Assembly: GCF_036321535.1 (NCBI RefSeq)
Contig: NC_087438.1
Location: 12,154,001-12,218,000, forward strand
Direction: 5' to 3'
DNA: 64,000 bases
Source of the DNA: Camelus dromedarius
Lineage: Eukaryota
Every line of letters starts with the position of its first letter. Within the stretch, counting starts at the first letter, position 1. Positions 50,901 to 60,335 of this stretch are shown one piece after another. The notes below the pieces were generated by a model that was not told the DNA's origin, searched no databases, and worked only from the letters and a program-made list of their open reading frames with translations. The position numbers and the translations under genes are program-made.

Positions 50901-51259
50901 CGGAAACCACCCGCGGAGGAATTTTGGTTCATGCACTAATAATGAGCAGGCTCTGTGTCTAGGGGGCCGGCCAAGGAAGCTGGTGGCAGAGATGCCAGCA
51001 GGTGTGGTTCTGAACCGAAGGGCCCGCCTGCCGCCCGCCCCGCCCCGCGCCCCGCCCCGCCGGGCGGTTACCTGATGAGGACGCACTGGTTGTCGTGGCG
51101 CCGCCACAGGCAGCGGTAGCACTCGTTGGCGATGGCGAAGACGTGGGGCGGCAGCTCCCCCAGGCGGCACCTGCTGTAGCGCTCCATGGCGTCCCGCCCG
51201 TACAGGCCGGGGATGGTCCTGTAGGGGTTCACGGCGGCGATGATGGAGCCAATGTAGGT
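23896..51259 (-). CDS. MYO10: Myosin-X, partial multi-exon CDS (exons 4-19, about residues 94-643, motor domain); the gene extends beyond both window ends
   Basis: 16 exons of 188,135,125,14,85,104,130,119,147,101,67,93,69,83,109,81 nt (total 1650) with AG/GT boundaries and compatible phases. The joined translation has the myosin P-loop, switch I and switch II, plus MYO10-specific segments such as [22 protein letters not shown] and [27 protein letters not shown]. Confidence 0.98.
24892..25026 (-). mobile_element. Vic-1 type SINE, full length
   Basis: ggtaattaggtttatttattt...ggaggtactggggattgaacccagg...ctaagcatgtactctaccac..agctataccctccc; TSD taagtctct at 24883-24891 and 25032-25040. Confidence 0.88.
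25428..25670 (+). mobile_element. MIR SINE, near full length
   Basis: gagtcagacagacctgggttc...ctcagcttcctcatctataaaatggggacaataat. Confidence 0.85.
26439..26547 (-). CDS. MYO10: MYO10 exon 18 ([17 protein letters not shown]...PTVSSQFK, loop 2)
   Basis: 109 nt; cacag|A ... AAG|gtgagt; embedded in ORF 26382..27023. Confidence 0.96.
28305..28460 (+). mobile_element. MIR SINE fragment
   Basis: cttggccaagtcacttaac..ctctaagtcttcattttctcacctg. Confidence 0.6.
28650..28732 (-). CDS. MYO10: MYO10 exon 17 ([27 protein letters not shown])
   Basis: 83 nt; actag|GTG ... CCG|gtacgt; EKNRD motif. Confidence 0.96.
28923..28991 (-). CDS. MYO10: MYO10 exon 16 ([23 protein letters not shown])
   Basis: 69 nt; attag|AAT ... 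GAG|gtaact; HYAG motif. Confidence 0.96.
29011..29168 (+). mobile_element. Vic-1 type SINE next to the exon 16 acceptor
   Basis: ggggatacagctcag...ggttcaatccccagtacctccattaaaaa...aaacctaatta.ctctcccc plus A-rich tail; TSD aacaaata at 29001-29008 and 29170-29177. Confidence 0.85.
29578..29670 (-). CDS. MYO10: MYO10 exon 15 ([31 protein letters not shown])
   Basis: 93 nt; tccag|AAA ... GCT|gtatgt. Confidence 0.96.
30151..30217 (-). CDS. MYO10: MYO10 exon 14 ([22 protein letters not shown])
   Basis: 67 nt; tacag|A ... AAG|gtaata. Confidence 0.96.
30299..30386 (-). mobile_element. Vic-1 type SINE (short form) in intron 13
   Basis: ttttttaatggaggtgctggggattgaacccag...gcatgctaagcatgc...ctaccactgagctatacccacccc. 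Confidence 0.88.
30427..30527 (-). CDS. MYO10: MYO10 exon 13 ([17 protein letters not shown]...LEQLEYN)
   Basis: 101 nt; cttag|GTT ... CAG|gtaagt; relay helix motif NYANEKLQ. Confidence 0.97.
30678..30824 (-). CDS. MYO10: MYO10 exon 12 ([13 protein letters not shown]...[13 protein letters not shown])
   Basis: 147 nt; cgcag|GCG ... GAG|gtatgc; switch II motif DIFGFE. Confidence 0.97.
31892..32010 (-). CDS. MYO10: MYO10 exon 11 ([11 protein letters not shown]...TPLNVQQ)
   Basis: 119 nt; cccag|CC ... CAG|gtgcgc. Confidence 0.96.
32228..32685. mobile_element. Charlie1-like hAT DNA transposon remnant
   Basis: ggtcataactactttcaatagtaagactaagatg, gaatccagct...gacatt, cacaggaacaaaagctct...gtgaccaaa...agaactactg. 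Confidence 0.55.
33341..33470 (-). CDS. MYO10: MYO10 exon 10 ([12 protein letters not shown]...LHLGNIEF...VSFKT)
   Basis: 130 nt; tccag|ACG ... CGG|gtgaga; ILHLGNI motif; overlaps ORF 33192..33464. Confidence 0.97.
34203..34588 (+). repeat. Copy A of a ~385-bp local duplication (old L1 3' end plus flank)
   Basis: Aligns with 35814-36201 at an offset of about 1611 bp. Confidence 0.95.
35814..36201 (+). repeat. Copy B of the ~385-bp local duplication
   Basis: Aligns with 34203-34588; ORFs 34372..34569 and 35984..36334 are near-identical at their start. Confidence 0.95.
37960..38337 (+). mobile_element. 5'-truncated LINE-1 3' UTR (artiodactyl/camelid type)
   Basis: tatatgtggaatctaaaaa...caaaacagaaacagactcacagacatagaaaacaaacttatggtta...tgtaaattgactatactgcaataaaa. 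Confidence 0.9.
39478..39581 (-). CDS. MYO10: MYO10 exon 9 ([18 protein letters not shown]...FREVI)
   Basis: 104 nt; tgtag|AA ... ATT|gtaagt. Confidence 0.96.
40165..40249 (-). CDS. MYO10: MYO10 exon 8 ([28 protein letters not shown])
   Basis: 85 nt; cacag|AAC ... GAG|gtgagt; ERNYHIFY motif. Confidence 0.97.
40369..40382 (-). CDS. MYO10: MYO10 exon 7, 14-nt microexon (Y-LLEK)
   Basis: gaag|ATTTATTAGAAAAA|gtaagt; needed to restore frame and the conserved myosin YLLEK motif between exons 6 and 8. Confidence 0.93.
40383..40863 (-). other. MYO10: U12-type (minor spliceosome) GT-AG intron, MYO10 intron 6
   Basis: 5' end GTATCCTGTT; branch site TCCTTGAC at 40413-40406; no AG between the branch site and the acceptor. 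Confidence 0.9.
40864..40988 (-). CDS. MYO10: MYO10 exon 6 ([23 protein letters not shown]...GGRIVD)
   Basis: 125 nt; acceptor cccag|C; donor is U12-type |gtatcctg; switch I motif. Confidence 0.97.
41412..41580. mobile_element. MER58-like element, followed by an L1MB 3' end (about 41590-41730)
   Basis: tttttctgtaaaggaccagataataaatatttttggcttt...gtgttcctatcaagttttattta. Confidence 0.65.
42387..42521 (-). CDS. MYO10: MYO10 exon 5 (P-loop GESGAGKTE...AILESS)
   Basis: 135 nt; acceptor tttcag|T, donor CAG|gtattt; ATP-binding P-loop. Confidence 0.97.
44540..45030 (+). mobile_element. MER21-like solo LTR (ERVL class)
   Basis: caccaatggccaatgatt...tatgtaatgaagcctcca...ggttcagagagcttcc..gtggtgaacacgtggaggtgctggg...gagttctgtgagc...tggtcagaagcacaggtgacaac. 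Confidence 0.75.
46702..46931. mobile_element. MER58-like hAT-Charlie element
   Basis: gcaaactgtggtcc...aaagttttactggagcacagcc...ggcagatttgagtagttgtaacaga...ggccccttacaga. Confidence 0.7.
48410..48428 (+). promoter_or_regulatory. Candidate CTCF binding site
   Basis: tagccactagggggcggat closely matches the CTCF core consensus (TGGCCACYAGGGGGCGCTA); motif evidence only. Confidence 0.55.
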
Positions 51260-51345
51260 CTGCAAGCACACGGGGCCGCGTTACACGTGGTCCTGGGGCG
51301 GGGCCCTGCGCACCGGTGCTCACCCCCACCCACGCGCGGGCGGAG
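51020..51345. other. CpG/GC-rich island spanning exon 4 and its flanks
   Basis: Dense CpGs and repeated GGGGCGGGG boxes in an otherwise CpG-poor gene body. Confidence 0.7.
51072..51259 (-). CDS. MYO10: MYO10 exon 4 ([13 protein letters not shown]...HDNQCVLIS)
   Basis: 188 nt; acceptor ttgcag|ACC, donor CAG|gtaacc; encodes TYIGS...VNPY and LPPHVFAIA myosin motifs. Confidence 0.97.
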
Positions 51346-51684
51346 ACAGAAGGGTCTGGAAGCAGCTCAGTGTGGCTCCACATCGGGAGGAAAGGCGCTG
51401 CCACATCCCCCTGGAGCCACTGTCTAAGCTCGAGCAGAACCCCCTGAACGTGCAGTGAGGGGGCAGGAGGCTCCACCCCCCACTCACATTTTTCCTTCAC
51501 CTTTTGGTAGAAATCGTGTGCCAAGGAACTAGGCCATTTCAAAGAGGGCTGCAGGGAAGGGTAAACAAGACAAGACGGTGAAGCAGCTCAGGCCCGCATC
51601 CCTGCTCCCTGGTGACCTCCTGACCCCCCTCCATCAGGCGGCTACCAGGAGGCGGCAGGATTACAGAAGCAAGAGAAATGAGGT

Positions 51685-51880
51685 GGGGGCCGGGGTTGGG
51701 AGGGGGAGCTACTGCTTCATGGGTACAGCGTTTCTGTTTGGGATGGTGAGAAAGTTCCACACATAGGTAGTGGAAATGGTTGCACGACTCTGCAAACATG
51801 TTTAGTGCACCAGAACTGTACGCTTATTAAAAAGAGTCAAAATGGTAAATTCTATGTCATGTATCTTTAACCACAATTTT
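51685..51880 (+). mobile_element. L1MB 3' end fragment
   Basis: atgggtacagcgtttctgtttgggatggtgagaaagttc...ggtaaattctatgtcatgtatctttaaccacaat. Confidence 0.75.
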
Positions 51881-52244
51881 TGAAAAGGAACAAGACCATT
51901 TTGAAAACATTAAGTGCTCTTCCAGTGTCTCAAATACTTCATCAAGCACCACGTAGTTTACCTGGAAAACAGCTGACGGGCGATCTTACCTTTTCTGGAA
52001 CCAAATCCAGGCCAGAAATTAAGCACAATCTTCAGAGCAGCAAAACAGAGGCTATTGGGTTATTAAAGCCAAGAGTCCTGCCTCGTGCCTCCTCGGTATG
52101 GACAGAAACTATTCCCTGGCCCCTCTGCAAGGAAGGCTAACAGGTTGGTTTCCAGGCCCAGACACAAGTGCAGCAGCCGATGAGAAGGGGAGGAGGAGGG
52201 TCCTGCAGGCGCCACCACCCACCCGCCAGCCTCTGTGCTGGGAG

Positions 52245-52642
52245 CCCTGGACTGATTATGTCCCCTCCCCCAACTCACACTCTGAAGCCCTAACCCCTAG
52301 TACCTCTGAATGCTACTCTATTTGTAGACAGGGCCTTTAAAGAGATGATTAAGTTAAAAAGAGGCCATTAGGGTGGGCCCTCATCCTGTCTGACTCGTGT
52401 TCTTGTAAGAAGAGAGAATTTGGTTACACAAAAACACCAGGGACATGTGTGCACAGAAACACCACATAAGGACACTGCAAAAAGGTCGCTGTCTGCAAAC
52501 CAAGGAGAGAGCCCTTGACAGAAACCAACCCTGCTGACACTTTGATCTCAGACTTCAAGCCCCCAGAACTCTGAGAAAACAAACATCCGTTGTTTCACCC
52601 AGCCAGTGGTCTTTTGTCACAGTGGCCGAGCAGACTAATACA
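52245..52642 (+). mobile_element. MLT1A/B-type MaLR solo LTR
   Basis: gaagccctaaccc...agggcctttaaagagatgattaagttaaaa.gaggccattagggtgggccct...agaaaccaaccctgctgacac...gcagactaataca. Confidence 0.88.
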
Positions 52643-52659
52643 CAGGGCCTGACCCTTTC

Positions 52660-52830
52660 AATGCTGACAATAACTCTGGGAGATTCACAGTATTATTACA
52701 TCTACTTCTCAGATGAGGAAATTGAGGCACAGAGATAAAATCTTGCATTCAGTCACACAACCAGTAAGTGGAAGAGGTGAGATTTGATCCCAGGCAACTT
52801 AATTACAGAGCCTCCTCTTCACACTCATTG
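52660..52830 (-). mobile_element. MIR SINE fragment
   Basis: cagatgaggaaattgaggcacagaga...gtcacaca...gatttgatcccaggca. Confidence 0.7.
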
Positions 52831-53074
52831 CCAAGGGACTGCAACGCAGCAGAGAACAAGGAAAGCAAGAAACACTGGACAGGAAGTTCAATATCTGAAT
52901 CATCTTATAGCAATCTGTATCATATTATAGCAATTTGTAATCATTTACATTCACAGTGACCACCAGGAACATCAAGCAAAGTATCGCAAAGTATCATGTC
53001 CTTTGTAAATGTCTGCAAGTGTAAGGAGGTCTATAATATATTTTGCAAACATTTTGAACCAAAAAAAGGTTAAA

Positions 53075-53600
53075 ATTATAAAAGAGTTATTTTATACAAC
53101 AATTCTACACCTAGGTATATACCCCCAAATAATTAAAAATAGGTACTCCCACAAATACACAGCAGCATCAAAGGTGGAAACAACCCAAATGTCAATCATC
53201 AGACAGATGGGTAAACAAGATGTGGTAGAGTCACACAATGGAATATGATGCAGCCGTGTAAAGGAACAAAGTACTAACACAGGATCCAACATAGATGACT
53301 CCTGCAACATGACACTCAGTGAAAGAAACCAGATGTACAAGTTCACTTATTCAGAGCAGGTAAGTCCACAGAGACAAAGACTGGTGGCAGTTGCCACCAC
53401 CAGAAGGGAGGGTGGGAGGAGGCAGGAATGGGGGGTGATGGCTTTGCAGGGGCAGGGTTTCCCCCTGGGTGATCAGAACATTTTGGAACGAGACAGAGGG
53501 GCTGCCTGTACATCACTGTGAATGTATTAAATATCACCGAATTTACTTTAAAGTGGTTAATTCTCTGTTACATAAATTTCACTTCAATTTTAAAAAATTA
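53075..53600 (+). mobile_element. L1MB-type LINE-1 3' region
   Basis: caattctacacctaggtatatacc...ggaaacaacccaaatgtc...ctcagtgaaagaaaccaga...tttcacttcaattttaaaaaa. Confidence 0.8.
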
Positions 53601-55205
53601 AACGATGTGGCACTTTCATGAATAAACATTCAGATTTCTGGAGAACTCCACTCTGTAGAAAGCCCACTTTTCCCCATCAGAGGACCGCAGGGAGGATGTG
53701 GCCAGAAAGAAAGATGGAAGCTGCATTTTCCTCTGGGGAAGGAAAGGGTCCTCCTTCTAAAGAGAACAGGGAACCACCTGGTTTCCTGGAGGATGCCAGA
53801 CACCCTCCCTCAGCGCCTTGACCACAGACGCTGGTGCCTTCTTTCATGACAACCGTCTGCAGAGGGGAGGCAGGCAGGGAGGTTGTGCCTTCCTCCTCTT
53901 GGTCTAAAATGTCAGGCCTGCTAATAGTTAACTAATTGGAAGTGACCAAAGCCAGGCTTTTACTTTTCATTGTACATGCCATATAATGCGTCAAATGAAA
54001 AAAAAAATCAAAATGATCTGCATTTCAAATGCTTAAAACTTTCACCACTAAGTGAGGAGCACTTTGGAAGCTGCTCTATTTAACTGTATGACAACTCCTC
54101 ACACCTCACATTCACACTTTTCTATCTTTACATCAGACCTTGAGCTGAATCCCCCTGTCCCAAGATTGTTCAGGACCCTTCTCCTTGCTGACTGTAGACA
54201 GATCACTTAAATATAAATAAACAGCTGTCACCAGATTTGACAAGATCAAGCACATAGTGGTATATATTCCAACACGGCTCTAAGATTGTAGGTGTCACTG
54301 CTGTCTTCCTCTCCAACATACAAAATGCATATACTTAAAAAAAAGGGGGGGGTTCTATAGCTGAGACCATATTAAATACTCTAAGCAAACAGAGAGTAAC
54401 CTACATTCCTTTATATGCCTTGGATCTGTTCTCAAGGGTTTCCTTAAACCTATGCTCACCAAGCACTTCCTTTTTCTTTTTTGCATGACCTTGATCTGGG
54501 AGCAGCCCCAGGGCCACGGCTCTGCCTCCTCTAACAGAGGGGGGGATGGTGGTCCTGGGGTCTGTGGTGACCCCTTCCCTTCACCCCCGTGCAGACCCCC
54601 CAGCCTCACCGCCACTGTCTCCATGCAGGTGCTCTTCGCTTTCAATTAACTCTATAATCAACCCCCCTTCTTCATCTCCGCTGCTCTGGGCTCACTGGCT
54701 CAGATTTCCCCGAAAGCCCCCTCCTCACTAATTCCACTTGGTCTCGCCTGTTCAGTCCCAGCTCCGTATGTGACAAATGGACTTTCGAAGACAAAAACTC
54801 TCCTGCATGAAACTCGTCAACAGCTCCCATGACCTACAGGGTCGACCCACAGAAATACTTGAGAAGAGACTTCGAGAGGCTCCAAAAAGGCGAACCAACA
54901 CCCAAATCCTCATGAATTTCTCTCCTGACAGCGACAGAAGGGAGGTGCCTTCAGTTACTTACTTGCTTTTTGTTGCTTGTGCCCATATTCGTGCCAAATG
55001 GTGCTTTCGACCTCCCTAAAACGGAAGTGTAAAACTACACGGCAACAACAGGAATAGCTCCCGATGGTTTATTCAGATTAGGTGAAATCGTAGTGGCCCA
55101 TCAGCAGAAATCACTACGGCCAGGGACAGCTTTATCTCTCCTCCCACTACCTTGATCACAGCGTGGATCATTCTGTCATTAAAACAAAGGCTGCACACAC
55201 ACACC

Positions 55206-55619
55206 CATGGACCTAGAGATGATCATACTAAGTGAACTCAGACAGAGAAAGACAAATATCCTATGATACCACTTTTATGTGGAATCTAAAAAAGAAAAAA
55301 AAAAGATACAAATGAACTTATTTACAAAACAGAAAGAGACAGACTCACAGACAGAGAAAACAAACTTATGGTTACCAAAGGAGACGAGGGGGAGGGAAGG
55401 TTAAATTAGGAGTTTGGGATTAGCAGATACAAACTACTATATACAAAACAGATAAACAACAAGGTCCTACCGTAGAACACAGGGAACTACACTCAGCATC
55501 CTGTCACAAGCTATAACAGAAAGGAATATGAAAAAGAACACAAGTATGTATCACTGACTCACTACGCCCGACCTCAGGAACAACACTGTACATCAACTAC
55601 ACTTCAATTAAACAAACAG
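55206..55619 (+). mobile_element. 5'-truncated LINE-1 3' UTR with probable TSD
   Basis: catggacctagagatgatcatactaagtgaa...cagactcacagacagagaaaacaaacttatggttacc...; near-identical flanks aacaaag(g/t)ctgca at 55183-55195 and 55620-55632. Confidence 0.9.
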
Positions 55620-56140
55620 AACAAAGTCTGCATGGATAAGAGATCCCTTGAATAATAATGAAAGTTCGACAGGTAACATAAGTAAACAGGGCAACTGGGA
55701 AGTGGGGAGGTAGGAGGGGAGCCTAGTTGTGATGCAAAGTGACGCAGAGATAAATGCAGTGAGAAACCTAAGAGCTGGGAGACCATGCGCGTTCCACACT
55801 TGTACCACTGATCACTCTGTAAAAAGGTGTTTATTATTACTGCTCCAAAACCAGCCATCATAACTCCCTGCACTCTTAAGACCCTGGATACACGTGACTC
55901 TCAAACACAAGGCGGGGCCAGGTACTGGTTTCCACACGTTGGATTCCAAATTCCACAAAAATAAATAGCCTAGTCATTTTAACGGCTTTTCAGAAATAGA
56001 AAGGATATTCTATTTTGAAACACGTAAAGTTTCTTTTCTAGACAGAAAAGTTCCACAGAACTCACCAAAAAAATACTCTTCCTTACCCACTTTAATAATC
56101 TGGAACAGCTGCAGTGCAATCCGCTTTCAAAACGCTGGGA

Positions 56141-56398
56141 GAACCCACTGCACTGCTTCAGTGCAAAATCTATCAATTCAAGCTTTTCAGTAGGCATACA
56201 GGTATCATACCTAGTATCTGACCCCTCACCAAAACAACATAATAAAATTTAAAATATTAAAAAATATAAAAATATAAAATTAAAATAAAATAAAATATCA
56301 TGAAGGAACTCACTGCATTGCTTCAGTGCAAAATCTACCAATTCAAGGTTTTCAAAAGGTATAAGGGTCTAATACCTAGTATCTAGCCCCTCATCAAA
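56141..56398. repeat. Direct repeat, 2 x ~93 bp, separated by an AT-rich spacer
   Basis: 56141-56233 aligns with 56306-56398 with about 14 mismatches by manual count. Confidence 0.9.
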
Positions 56399-56864
56399 TA
56401 AAAGAAAAAAGTTTTAAGTGTAACTATGAACACTACAAGTAACCTGTGGCCTCAGATGCACTCTGCTTGTAGATACACAGAATCTACGCTACTGCTGGGA
56501 AGTCACTATTCCAACACAGGAAAAAATGATCTAGACAGCAAGGTTTGGTCAACTCCGAAGACCTGAAGTCCTCAGCCTGGACCTACCTGCCCTGGTCCAC
56601 TGCTTGCCCCTTCTGGGCCAGAGATTCTGACCAGTAATAACATATCCTCTGCTACCCTCACGTGATTACTATGCGAAAGTGCTGTGTAAATCAGAGGGAT
56701 TTATTAACTTTGTTCATGAAAATAAAACCACAATGGTCTTCCATCATGTGGTCCTGGAAAAGCTGCACATAGACCAAGTAATCTGAAATGTACCAGGGAA
56801 TCTGGCTCAAGTCAGTGTCATGGCCCACTTTCCTAAAGGGAGGAAGTTGTTAAGAAGTGGGAAC

Positions 56865-57058
56865 TAGATAGTAACTACTATATATAAAATAAACAACAAG
56901 GTCCTACTGTGTAGCACAGAGAACTACGTTCAACACCTTGTGGTAACTTGTAATAAAGATGAACATATGTATGTATATGTATGACTGAACTATTATGCTG
57001 TTCACCAGAAGTTGGCACAACATTGTAAACTGACTATACTTCAATTAAAAAAAAAAAT
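56865..57058 (+). mobile_element. Short LINE-1 3' end with poly(A)
   Basis: aacaacaaggtcctactgtgtagcacag...acattgtaaactgactatacttcaattaaaaaaaa; tgggaac on both flanks. Confidence 0.85.
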
Positions 57059-57169
57059 GGGAACCACTAGCTAGATTTACTTCCCACCCACCATTCTCTT
57101 TCCTCTCTTGACTATCTCAGTTCAACATGGCCATAACTTACTTTCCCAAATCTTGACCTTGAAAGCAGA

Positions 57170-58100
57170 TTCAGCTTTAAATTGCAGATATGCACATTCA
57201 ACAGTCCACCTGGGCGTCTTCACTTGGACACCCCTAAGCTCACACTCAACACACAAAGGCTGAGCTCCTCAAAACACCTGTTTCTTCTCACAGTCACGTC
57301 TTGACAAATGGCACTGTGGTCTACCCAAATGGACAGTCCAGGGATCTGGGAGTCAGCCTTTAAAAATTCAGCCTACTTGCCTCCCAAACTCAATCAAGCA
57401 TCTGGATTTGACCTTTTCTTATGTCTCATACTCCAACCCCCACCCCAGGATTGGTTTGGAACCCTATCATTTCCCATCTGCTCTGCTGGTCACCTCTTCC
57501 CCCAGACTGGTTCCGTTGCCTACAGCCAGATTGAGTTTTCCCAGAACTCACCTTTGACATTGTCCCCTATCAGTCTTCACAAACGAACTCAAGCTCATTC
57601 ACTTACACACAGTGTCCTTCCTCACCTGCTCCTGACCACCCTGCCAGCCAGCTGCATGCAACCTTCATTGCAGCGTCTCATGGGTCCTGCAGCTGCACAA
57701 ATGCATCACGCTTCGTCAAGCCTTTGCCCTTGCTGATCTTCTGCCAGGAATGAGTTAGCCTCTGGCTTGGCCAAATTCCCCTAAAAATGCTTCAAAACTC
57801 AGTGCAACCAGTGTCTTGGCTGGGAGTCATTTCCCGACCCCGTCTCACCATCTCCTTCGAGTGCCCACTCTGTGTGTTCCCAGTTAGTCCTTTTATGACA
57901 CTCACTGTTGCCCTGAGCTGCTGTCAAAGGTTTGCTGCGTCCGCCTTCACCAAGGAACTAGGAGGTCCCGGAAAGGCAGTGCCTTACGTTTATTCGATCT
58001 TTCAAGAAACAAGTACTGAGAACAAGAGTGTGCATCCTTGGAGCCTCACACACAGTCTGGCACACAGGCAGGGCCGGAATCAACATAGATGTGTTGAGGG
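57170..58100 (+). mobile_element. Degenerate L2 LINE
   Basis: ccacctgggcgtct...cactcaac...ctgagctcctc; cctttgcccttgctg..cttctgccaggaatg; cacacagtctggcacac. Confidence 0.5.
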
Positions 58101-60129
58101 CACACGAATGGACCACCAATCCACCAAGTTTAAGTTCCATTTTAACTGAGTCCTACTGCTCCACACCCACCTCCCAACAAAATGATTCATGATCGTCGTC
58201 CAATGAAACAGCCAAAACTCTTAGGCATTCAAGTTTGTTGAAAAGACAACTAGATCACAACAGATACCTCCAGATGTTGTTAAAGTCAAGCTCTTAAATT
58301 TAGAAGTGACATTTCCATTTAATCTGAGTGAATTTCTGACACATGTTCCCTCCTTGTTCAAAGAAATCTGACCCAAAAGAGAGGCAGGAACGGGGAGGGG
58401 GGATTAACAAAAGCAAAGTCCCTAATTGCCACCATCATGTGCTGATGTGGAAGTGGCGACTCGAGAGCATAAATGTTTGGTAAAGTTTAAAAATACATAC
58501 AGTCGGACAGATGGTTGCAATCATCTTTTGGCAACACTGGTCTAGATTTCATGTGAGAAAAAAAACCCCTGACAAACCACACTGTGTTCAGCTGTTCCCG
58601 GTATGAGACAGATGCCAAGCCTGCTAGCCATCCGGTCTTCCGGCCATCGCGAGAGGCGCGCTGTCACTTGACACTGGCTTTGGAGAGGGACAGAAAACAA
58701 ACCCCCAAAAGTCTACTCTGGGAAGACAGGACTCAAGGCAGTGAATCGCAGATTTCGATTTGCGAGCCCGAAACTGGCAACTCCAGGGCACGGTGTCCCA
58801 GGGATCAACGCCGCAGGTGGCCCATGATTCCCCCACAGGTGAACTCAGGTCACCTGTCTGCTGCCACCCATGAGTCTTTAACTGGCTGCTGCCCACGAAC
58901 ATATCTGTCAGGCTTCAAAGTCAATTCAGGTGGTGATCATTGTGCAATACAAATACCAAAACCTCATATTGTACCCTTGAACCTACTATAACATTCTGTG
59001 TAAATTTTACCTCAATTAAAAAAAAGTGAATTAAAAAGTAAGCCTTTAAAGTCTTTTAATTAATATTAAATTTATGTGACAAAATACTTTTAAATGAAAT
59101 TAAATTTTATAAATTATTAACTAATTTTAATAATAAATCATCCTGTGATTTTTGGCCTGTAACTCAAAAAAAAAAAGTTAATTCAGGAACAACAGCAAAT
59201 ATGTGTACAGATTCAGTCTGGAGCGCCACCTACCCAGAGGAGGATTATTTTTGAAACACTTAAAAATATACTAGCTGTGAAGCATCTTCTGTGCTCACAG
59301 CCCCACTTCTTAAAATGGGCTCCTTTGATCTTGCTCTCTGCCCCATCTGTTCAGCAAGACCCACAAACTAACCCACGAGTGGGTGGAACAGAGCACGGCT
59401 TCCTCTGGAACCGCCCCCAACACTCTAATTGCAGCCGAGCCCTGAGGTTCCCTGCAGTCCTCTCCCTGATGTGGTTTCCAGCCACTCCTTAGCGGCTGGG
59501 AGAGGAGGCTCCCCATGCAATTGACCCAGAGCACGACCAACTCTATGATGGAGGGCATGTGTTTCCTCTTCCATTCGGCAGACGACAACAGTGCCACACC
59601 ACGGAGCTAGCGTGGCTGTCCCTGCACTCTGGACACAGAGTTCACGGTCAATACAACAAAAACATCATCTGCAGTTGTCCACACTGTGCTTAGATGCTGG
59701 GGACATAATCGGAAATGACACAGGCTCCAAGGATGCCCCAGGCATCCTAAACCTTACTCATCTCACTGGCCCCCTCTCCTGGAGGAGCCTCCGGGACAGT
59801 CAGCGGCATGTTCTCATGGCCAGGGGGGCCTGACAAGGCTGGGAATCCTTCAAGCTACCCCTGCCTCCTTGACCTCCTTCCCACTCATCTCGTATCCCAC
59901 ATTCCCTTGCTGGCTACCATCTCTACTCTAGTCCAAACCCTCATCTCTCCGCTCTGAATTACCACAACCCTCTCTCAGCCAATCCACTCTCTAGATGGTA
60001 TCACACCATTTCCCTCTCCACCCTTCTACATTTTTTTCTCAGGGAAGTTCTCTCTTCAAAAGCCTTTAACAAAGACGGTGTAGTCTCTGACCACCAAGCC
60101 CAAATGCTGCCGACCCGCTTTAAGTAAGG

Positions 60130-60335
60130 CGGGGTTTCTCTGTACTAGTGACATCTCGGGCCAGGTAACTCTTCGTCGTGGGGCTGTCCTGTGCCCTGAG
60201 GGGTGTACAGCAGCTCCCTGGTCTCTACCCACTAGGTACCATTAGCATCCTCCACCCTAACTGTGACAACCAAAAAATGCCTCCAGGTACTACCACATGT
60301 CCCCTGGGGGCCACATCACCTGCTGGAGCACCACT
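60130..60335. mobile_element. MER20 hAT-Charlie element
   Basis: gggctgtcctgtgc...ccctggtctctacccactag...gtgacaaccaaaaaatg.ctccag...atgtcccctggggg. Confidence 0.85.

Noticed and set aside
50895..51542. 215-aa minus-strand ORF and overlapping plus-strand ORFs
   Set aside because: Alternative frames across the GC-rich exon 4 island, where stop codons are rare; no recognisable protein
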